DNA of 63,551 nt, counting the filler, from Conidiobolus incongruus B7586 (Eukaryota), in the NCBI GenBank assembly GCA_000697335.1. It is 27 parts of 27 records of this genome, joined end to end, with 100 filler letters (N's around TTAATTAATTAA, not from the genome) between each part and the next. Parts side by side here need not be neighbours in the genome. Positions count along the whole stretch, not along the records: positions 54,677 to 56,678 come from JNEM01005584.1; positions 56,779 to 58,296 come from JNEM01005585.1; positions 58,397 to 59,543 come from JNEM01005586.1; positions 59,644 to 60,689 come from JNEM01005587.1; positions 60,790 to 63,551 come from JNEM01005590.1; 22 more parts are not named here. The stretch is one strand, 5' to 3'. A program made the translations under genes and the position numbers. Below are positions 54,577 through 63,551 of the stretch, one piece after another (the first letter of the stretch is position 1; every line of letters begins with the position of its first letter). A model generated the notes under the pieces. The model worked only from the letters and a program-made list of their open reading frames with translations. It made no database searches and was not told where the DNA came from.

Positions 54577-57399
54577 NNNNNNNNNNNNNNNNNNNNNNNN
54601 NNNNNNNNNNNNNNNNNNNNTTAATTAATTAANNNNNNNNNNNNNNNNNNNNNNNNNNNNNNNNNNNNNNNNNNNNATATTCATTATTAATATTTATCTG
54701 AATATTTAATTATAATCATAAATATTTATTAATCAAATAATATAAATAGTTTTAATATTAAATATTTTTCACATAAATATTATATCAAGTTATATTATAT
54801 AAATATAAAAAAACAAAAAATTACCACACTAAATGATATTAAAATAGATTAATTATATATTATACAAAAGTTAAAATTTAAAAATTATTAACGAACGAAA
54901 TTTAATAATAAAAAAATTTCAAAATTATAATTCAACCAAATAATATATATATAATATAAAACTGATAATATTTATCTTGTCAAATATATTTTGTTTTTTT
55001 GGACGAATTTTTAAAACATGTAAATATTTTCATAATATAAATAAAATTTCTATTTTATTAATCAATAATACCTGATTTTAAGAATTCTTTCCTTTATAAG
55101 CATTATATTTATTTATTATTAATAATAATATTTATATAAGTTATTTTATGGTAATTATATATAATATATATATTTAATTTAATTTTTTTGGATAAAAAGT
55201 TCTTTACAAAATTATAAATATTTTAAATTTTTAAAAAAATATCAAATTTATTATTAGCTAATTTACAAATAAAAACTAAAAAATAAGATATACTTTATTA
55301 AAATCTATTATAATATTTGATATAAATTTACAAAAAATATTGTTAAAAGATTAGTTCTTAAAACCCTGAGATATAATATTATATAATATATTTTATTTCA
55401 AATCAAATAATTCCTACTTTTGATGTTAATTTAATTATACAAATAATATTAATTCAACTGATAAATATATTATCACCCTTTTAATTCTTATTAATTTTTA
55501 ATTTCTATCTTTATTGTTAAAATTAAGGTTATAATTATGAATATTATAATACACTGATAATATCTTATATAGAATCTAATTTATCTATATTGACTCATTT
55601 GTTTACGAAGCATGAATAAACTTTGCTCGTTGATATATTAACTTGCTATTTGTATATTATACTAAGTCTTCCTTTGTATTATATTGGTTTTATTGCCCAT
55701 ATGATTATAAATACTTATTGAATTTATAAAAAAAGGAAGTTTTAATGTATTTTAACTTTTTTTTTAATGAATAAATAAAATATTATATCAAAATATTTTA
55801 TTTTTGGTTATTTCTTAATTGATGGTATTTAAATTAATTATTTTAATATAATTTTAATATATTATTAAATTATTAAATATCCATTTTATATATTTATTAA
55901 TCAAAACAAATTTAAACTTTAATATACATAATATATTTATATAATTATCATTGAATTATTGTGATAAATATATAGCTGAAATAAAAGGATGGTTTTAATA
56001 GATTTTTTTATTTTTTTAATTAAAAACACAATAGAAATTAATCTTTACATTTTGGTAAAATTTAAATAGTATTCTTTTTAGTTTAAAGTAATAAATTAAA
56101 TTATAAATAACTCCTTTAAATATTAAATTCGTAAGCTGTTTATAAATCTCATATGATTTTAAAATATAGTTCAGTTTTAATAATTTTTTAAGATTATAAT
56201 TAATATTTAATTTAAGCATAGTTATAGTTAATAGCAAATTTTTAATTAAATATATTTTAATATAAAATTTATTATAAAAGAATATATATAATATGAAAAT
56301 ATTAAATTTCATATTTTTTTTGAATATAATATATTTTTTATAATTACAAATATATCAAAATATAATTAATTAACAAGTTTAAGATTTTTTAAATATTTTG
56401 ATTAATATTCTGATATTTTAAAAAATACAAATTTAATCCCAGAAATTAATTTATAAAATAATATCAAATTTTAATAAGGAAAAGATTAATAGATTTAGAT
56501 ATTGGTTGTTATAATAGTGTAGTATTTTAAATTTCAAAAATAATTTCTATGAAATATATTTTAATTTAATAATAAATTTTATTAATAATGAAAATTTTTT
56601 AAATTATATTTTATTCAGGTATTGATAAAAAAATTTATAACAAAATTATTTATTTTATATATATTTATATATATATATNNNNNNNNNNNNNNNNNNNNNN
56701 NNNNNNNNNNNNNNNNNNNNNNTTAATTAATTAANNNNNNNNNNNNNNNNNNNNNNNNNNNNNNNNNNNNNNNNNNNNTTAATTATTTTAGATTTAATAT
56801 TTTGAAATAATATGATAAATATTATTTTTATAAGGTTCAATTATTTTTGAAAAATTTATATTAATTAATTTAATATATCGATTAGCAAAATAATTATTAA
56901 CGATAAAAATAGACTATGTTATTTTCAAAGATTGAAAAATAAATTTTAATATTAATATTGATCAATTTGCAAAATCAAAAAAAATAATAATTAGAATTTT
57001 TTAATAAATAATCTAAAAAAATTTATAAAATTATGATTAAACAATAAAAATGGATAAACTTATAATGTTTAATCATATCTAGCTTATCTTTATATAATAA
57101 TTTTAAGTAACAATTAATTTATAATTTATAATTAATAACTATTTAAAAAAATATAAGTCAATTAAATTTATATCAATTAATATAAAAAGTTAATAATTCA
57201 AAATATAAATATTAATTTGATAAATTCCTTTTTATTATTTAGAAATGTAATTCATAAGAATTAATTTAATTGAATATAAAAAAATATTAAATATAAAATA
57301 TAAAATTAAATATAAATTATTATATCAATATGTTAATATTTGTTATATCTGTTTGGTATATTTTTTGATAAGTCCAAATATTTAAAAACAATTGTATTT

Positions 57400-58296
57400 A
57401 TCAAAAAATATAATTAAATATTTTATAAACTGATTATATTTTCTATTAAAAATTTCTTCCTTACAAGATTATTTTTAATTACCCAAAGCAATTATAATTA
57501 TAATTATAATAGTTATAATTTAAAAATATAATGAAATATAATGGTTGTTGAAGTTATTTTTGATTAACAAGTTTTTTAACACTTTTATTTTATTTATATG
57601 ACAATTATTATTTAAAATAATTTATTTCCTTTGATTTTATTAAAAATATTAATTAAAAATAATTTTTTTATAAAAACATTAAAAAATTTATTATTATTAG
57701 TTTATAAACAAATTTAAATTATTAATTGCCATTATAATTTATTCTAGTTATTAATATCAATATATCAATATAATCTATTTTAAAAGTAATTTATAAAGGT
57801 TAATTTGGTTCAATCTAGTGACTTGAATTATATTTTAGTAAACGATGATTAAAAAAAATCAGGGATATAAAAAATAATAATTTATCATAAAAGCTTGATT
57901 TCTAACTAAATCTTCATCCATTTTATATAGTAATAACCATTTTAACTTGTTTTTAAACTTAATTTAATTTATAAGTTACTTATATTATTATTAATAAATT
58001 ATTAATGAAAATTTAATTTTAAAATATTCTTATATTGCTAATATTAAACTATTTTATTAATTCTCTAATTGAAATAAATGGGTGATTCTTAATAATTTTG
58101 TTCATTATAATAATAGTAAAAATATATTAATTAAATTTACTTCTTTAGACATTAGTTGTTGTAAAATAGTTTTATTCTTAGTTTTAAATAGTTTACCTAA
58201 AAAAATTTATTAATTAAAATCATCAATATTATTAAATAATATTTGTGAATTTTTAATATTTATAGAGGATTCAGGTTTTAATAATAATAATATTTA
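57400..58296 (-). mobile_element. More divergent mariner relic (third subfamily)
   Basis: aatttcttccttacaag.ttatttttaattacccaaagcaattataatta matches the C-terminal block of family B; looser colinearity through the HTH region. Confidence 0.7.
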
Positions 58297-59999
58297 NNNN
58301 NNNNNNNNNNNNNNNNNNNNNNNNNNNNNNNNNNNNNNNNTTAATTAATTAANNNNNNNNNNNNNNNNNNNNNNNNNNNNNNNNNNNNNNNNNNNNCAAA
58401 AATGTTAATTTATAATTATTAAGACCAAATAAACATAAATAGATCTATAATTTAGGGAGCAATAAATAATATTCCCTTAAGGTATTAAATATATAAAAAG
58501 TCATTATAATTGTTAGAATCTTATATACAAACACAATCCTTTTTTTAATTGATAATCGCAAAATATTATAAAAGAGGGATAATGCAAATAAAAAACGTTG
58601 AGTATAATATATAATTTTAGAGGAAATGATGGAAGATTAAGATTAAACTTTTTAAGTATACTAGATATAAATATATTAAAAACCCAATTCCATATTATTT
58701 ATTACTGTTTAGTTTTGAGAATAATAATATAGTTGATTTATTATAAATCGGTTCTATTAATAATTAAAATAGATATTTTATTTAATATATTTATTTTAAA
58801 TAAATAAGTTAATTTTATTAAATTACAAAAAAAAAGCTGATTAATCTAATGGTTAGATATTAGAAGTTCCCTTATTATTGATCTTTTACTATTATACTTT
58901 TATAATTGTCAGGTAAGTAAAAGTATTTTATAATAATAATATTAATTTCAATAAATGGATTTAATAAAATATCATTATATTTAAAAAATTCAATGATTTA
59001 TAATATTCCATGTATTTTTATAATTTTAAAAAAATATATTATTTTGAGCTTGAAATCGATATTTATATTTAATATTTGTCTTTGTATTATAATTAATATA
59101 TTTATTTATAATTTATAGTTTATTATTCGATTGCTTTGAATTTCTAGGAAAATATTTATATTCATTTTTAAATACAATTTTATTTAAATATTTAAGATAA
59201 TTATATTTATTTTTATATCCTATATTTTTTATTTATTAGTTTCAAATAATGAATTTTCTAATTAATTTAAAGAAATTTTAAACACATGTTCTATTATATT
59301 ATTATTTATATTTCTTATACTATTTATTTATTAATTAACGTTTAGATTTAATATTGATTTAATTTATATATTTGTAATTTATATATAGGTTGTAATAATT
59401 TAAATAATATAATTATATATCTTTAAATAGATTTATAATATAGAATTAAAACATGGTATATTAAAGGATAGTATATTATTTATATTACTTTATTTATTAT
59501 TTATCTTAATATCATAAAATTTAAAAAATGAGAAATTTTTTATNNNNNNNNNNNNNNNNNNNNNNNNNNNNNNNNNNNNNNNNNNNNTTAATTAATTAAN
59601 NNNNNNNNNNNNNNNNNNNNNNNNNNNNNNNNNNNNNNNNNNNATTATTGATAATTTTATTATAAAATTAATATTATTCATTAAAATTATTAATATTTTT
59701 ATTTAAAAATTTTCAAAAGGATTAAACTAAAATATTATTTGATTTTTTAATTAAATATATTTTAAAATTATAATATTATAAAGATTTATTAATTATATAT
59801 CTATTGGTTTCAGAATGGTTTGAAATCTAATTAAGATTAATATTATTGGAAATGATTTTTTTCAGATTTAAGTTATCAAGATTTAATTAATATAGGTTTT
59901 TAATAAAATAAAGAATACAAAGATATTTTTTATTATAAAAAATTTATATATATCAATAATTTAATATTATATATTTATATTAAGTTTTAGAAATAAAAA

Positions 60000-60265
60000 T
60001 TATAGTTAGAAAAATTCTCAAAATATAATTTAACAAATTATTAATTAATTTTGCTTTTTAATATATTGGAACTATAGGTCTATTAACTTACTATTAAGAT
60101 GATATAAAAAAATATCCAAAAGAAAAAACTTTCTTCTATATTAACCACTTTTGGGTTTAAAAATTACTTAAATAAATAACATGGGATTTGGATATAATCT
60201 AATAAAGAAAACAAAATAAATAAAAAATATCCTTTAATTATAAACTAACAAAACTAGCTTAAAAA
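60000..60265. repeat. Unclassified degenerate repeat, family D, copy 2
   Basis: Colinear with 31020-31290. Confidence 0.75.
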
Positions 60266-61805
60266 ATATAATATTGATTCAACTATTAAAATAAAATAAA
60301 GTTTAATTTTAAAATATAAAAATAAAAAATATAATTAAAAATATTAATTGAAATTATTAAAGAATTATTTATTAAAATAAATATACCTAATATTATAATA
60401 TATATATATATATAATATTTGAGCTTTTTTAATATTTTTTTAAAAACCAAATATATTATGAAATAGAACTTAATTATTTAATTTGAAATAATTAATAACT
60501 TTTGATAATATATTTAATTTGAACTTTATATTAACTTTAATAAAATTATTTTGATAATATATTGATAATAATTAATTATTTTTTTAAATTATTGATTTTA
60601 TTTTTTTCTTAAAACTTAAAATACTCAGGATATTACTTATTTGTTATATTTTAATATATATATATATATATACTAACTTGCAAAAATAANNNNNNNNNNN
60701 NNNNNNNNNNNNNNNNNNNNNNNNNNNNNNNNNTTAATTAATTAANNNNNNNNNNNNNNNNNNNNNNNNNNNNNNNNNNNNNNNNNNNNATTTAATTTAA
60801 AAATTATAAAATATTAAAATTCACTAATCAATTTAAAAAATTATATTATTACTTATAATTTTATATTATTTATATTATTTTATGCATTGATATTTATTAT
60901 AAAATTTTAAATAATAAATGGAAATAAATTGAGTTATGACTATCAAAAAATATTTATCAGATTATAATTATCAATAATAATTTAACTAAGATTTTGGTAA
61001 TAATTGAAATATATTAGAAAAAAATTTTTATATTATTCAATGTAAGATAAATATAATTAGAATAGTTATTTGTTTATCATTGATTGAATAAAAAAATTAA
61101 TGATATTAAATAATTTTAATGAAAGTGGAAATAAAATATTAAATCAAATTATAAAACAAAATACTTATAAAAGAGCAATAAATATTGATTTAATATTAAT
61201 ATTTGGAATTCAAATTTCATTCTGGTAAACGTCTTGGTGTTCTATAATTATATATTTTGATTTTACACCATGATTATTCATTTAAACTATTTTTAATATG
61301 AATGCAATTTTCTTGAACAAGTTGAGTGATTTTAATTAAACATATATTTTCTTAAACTAAATTTATTTGTATAGAAAATTTTAAATGTAAATTTATACAA
61401 TAATCATCCATATAAGTAAATTCAATTAATATCTTATCAAATATTTTGTTTATTTTCATTATATATTTTATTCATTACAATTTTAGTTCACAATTTCAAT
61501 TATTACATAAATAAAATATAACGAAATAAGTCTTAAGTCAAATCAAATAATCAATTTGGCACTTGAAATAATTGCCAAACCATTGGTATCAATTAAGTAT
61601 AATAAAAAATGAATATAAGTTGAAATAGCAGAAGAATAATATTTTTTTTATTGATCTTAATAATATAGATTTGAAGAATGTAATATAAATATATGATTGA
61701 CTTGAAAAAAATGAAAACACTGAAATTTAAGTATATACTTTATATCAAATTATTTTAAATATGAAACATTACGTTGAATAGATTAATTAACAGGTTAAAA
61801 TCAGT

Positions 61806-62931
61806 CTAATTCATCAAAGACATTGAGTACTCATAAACAACAAATGTAGCAGCATTGGCAGGGAAAGCTCTGAGAAGGGCAGGTGACAAACCCTTGAAGA
61901 AACCACGATAAGATGACTCTTTCATGATTGTTGAAATAGTTTCCTTAATGGTTGGGGTGACGGGAGCGGTGGACATTTGGATACGAGACTTGATAACATC
62001 TTGGGGATAAGATGAAAGCCAGCAAGCAATACCAGCCATACCACCAGATAAGAGTAAATACCAAGTAGGGATTTCGCGCTTCAAATCAATAGTCTCAGAG
62101 GAGATTGATTTGAAATCGTTCAAGTATAAGTTTCTTAAACTAAAGTAGGCGAAGAAATAACCGGCATAGGCTGGGATTTCACGAGTTAAAGTGGTTAGGT
62201 AACCTTGATATAAACCACGAACTCCAGATTGAGCGACGATCTGTCTACCACAATCAAGTAAACCGGTGTAGCGGGATTTGGCACCAGTTTCGACTTGGAA
62301 ACGGATCTTTAACAGCTCAACAGGGGTGTTGACAAGAGAGACAACAACACCAGTCAAACCACCAGCGATAGAGGTATTAAGTAAAGAGAGACGCTCATTA
62401 GGAATAGCACTGGGATTGGGATTTAACAAGCGTCTGAAATATCCATTAGCACTGAAAATGGCAGCATTACTACAAAACAGCAAAATTAATCCTTTGTATC
62501 ATAATTAAATTCAAATGATCTTACGCAATACCAATACCCAATAAAGGAGAAGTGACACCTTTGTATAAACCAGTAAACTAACAAAAGGAATGTAATGTTA
62601 GTAAGATTCAATTTGAGATCAGATTAACTTACTCCTTCTTTTTGAATAGTTTGGCGGAAACAATCACCAACACCAGAGAATTGTGGATTAGTAGAGGATT
62701 GAGTTTGAAGTCTGACCTATAAAAACAATGAGAGAATGATCTATGGTTGAAAAAGGGTTTACTAACCTTAACAGTATCGAAGGGGTGGCCAGAAATGACT
62801 TGAGCAATACCACCCATAGTACCGGCAACAAATTCTTTACCAAACTGAACTAATCCACTTTGGGCTTGGGTTTGATCTGGAGTTTGCTCAATGGCAATAT
62901 TTGTTGGACTATTTTCTAATTTAAGAGACAT
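61806..62931 (-). CDS. Mitochondrial carrier (SLC25; carnitine/basic-amino-acid/YMC1-like group); exons 62931-62767, 62716-62633, 62577-62525, 62469-61806
   Basis: Three Px[DE]xxKxR signatures (PFDTVKVR, PVELLKIR, PQDVIKSR), plus REIPAYAGYF and RAFPANAATF. Three GT-AG introns join the two track ORFs. Confidence 0.93.
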
Positions 62932-63551
62932 TATTATGTGAAGGTTGTGTATGGTGTTGATGAATTTAATATAACTTCATGTGGCAATATATATTTATAT
63001 ACCATCTCATCAAGTCATGGGTCAAAGATAAAATTTTTAGGTGGATATGTGGATTAAACTAAACATGTGCACAATTATGGAAACTTAAACAACCCAACTT
63101 GTGAGTTATTCATTAATAATTATTTCTATATTAGGTTTATCAACCCTGATTAAATAAATAAAATTGATAATTTTAATCCAATCACTATTAATCAATCACA
63201 CTTAAATTAATATTATTTTATTGAATTGATTGAAAAAGTAATTTAACATAATAATTCAATATTTGATTTAATTATGATTATACTATAATAATTCTAATTT
63301 TAATATTTTATATTAAATCAATAATATAATGAATAAAATTATGATTTATTAAATATTAATATAATATTAATAACAAATATATTTTAGTAATATTATTAGT
63401 TTTAACAAATATATTTTTAATTATAAATTATATATTCTTTTTAAAAAATATCAATATTTATTCAATAAATATTATTTTAGATATTAAATAATATTTTTTT
63501 AAAAAATATAAATAAACATTTTAATATTCAGTTTTCAAAAATAAATATATA

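Noticed and set aside
56016..56312. 98-aa ORF
   Set aside because: Low-complexity AT-driven composition and no recognisable domain.
5481..60789. Recurring palindrome TTAATTAATTAA, which could look like a repeat array or recombination site
   Set aside because: Always centred in exactly N44 plus N44; it is an artificial six-frame-stop contig linker.
62278..62508. Plus-strand 76-aa ORF
   Set aside because: Antisense to the mitochondrial carrier.
1..63551. Organellar, bacterial or CRISPR origin suggested by the extreme AT content
   Set aside because: Spliceosomal introns and nuclear eukaryotic genes are present; no repeat-spacer array, rRNA or organellar gene was seen.

Overview
Extremely AT-rich eukaryotic DNA, made of 27 contigs joined by 26 artificial 100-nt spacers (N44-TTAATTAATTAA-N44). 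Adjacency across spacers is therefore unproven. Short GT-AG introns and fungal-type proteins point to a fungus, probably an early-diverging AT-rich one (Conidiobolus/Zoopagomycota-like; this is inference). Intact genes: an alpha-arrestin with PY motifs, NSA2, tRNA-Gln(TTG), NAS2/PSMD9, UTP4, an AIG1/FAR-17a-like membrane protein and a mitochondrial carrier. There is also a THI80 (thiamine pyrophosphokinase) pseudogene. Many of the remaining contigs are dead transposons: about 9 larger relics of a Tc1 (DD34E) family with IR/DR-type ends, about 10 relics of a mariner (DD34D, WVPHNL/YSPDY) family, one Ty3/Gypsy pol relic and several unclassified repeats, some nested. Every repeat copy has been independently saturated with C>T and G>A transitions (TGG>TAG/TAA, CAA>TAA, CAT>TAT, CpG almost absent), while neighbouring single-copy genes are clean. 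The best candidate for a new system is this RIP-like, repeat-targeted hypermutation in what appears to be a non-Dikarya fungus. All alignments and translations were done by eye.
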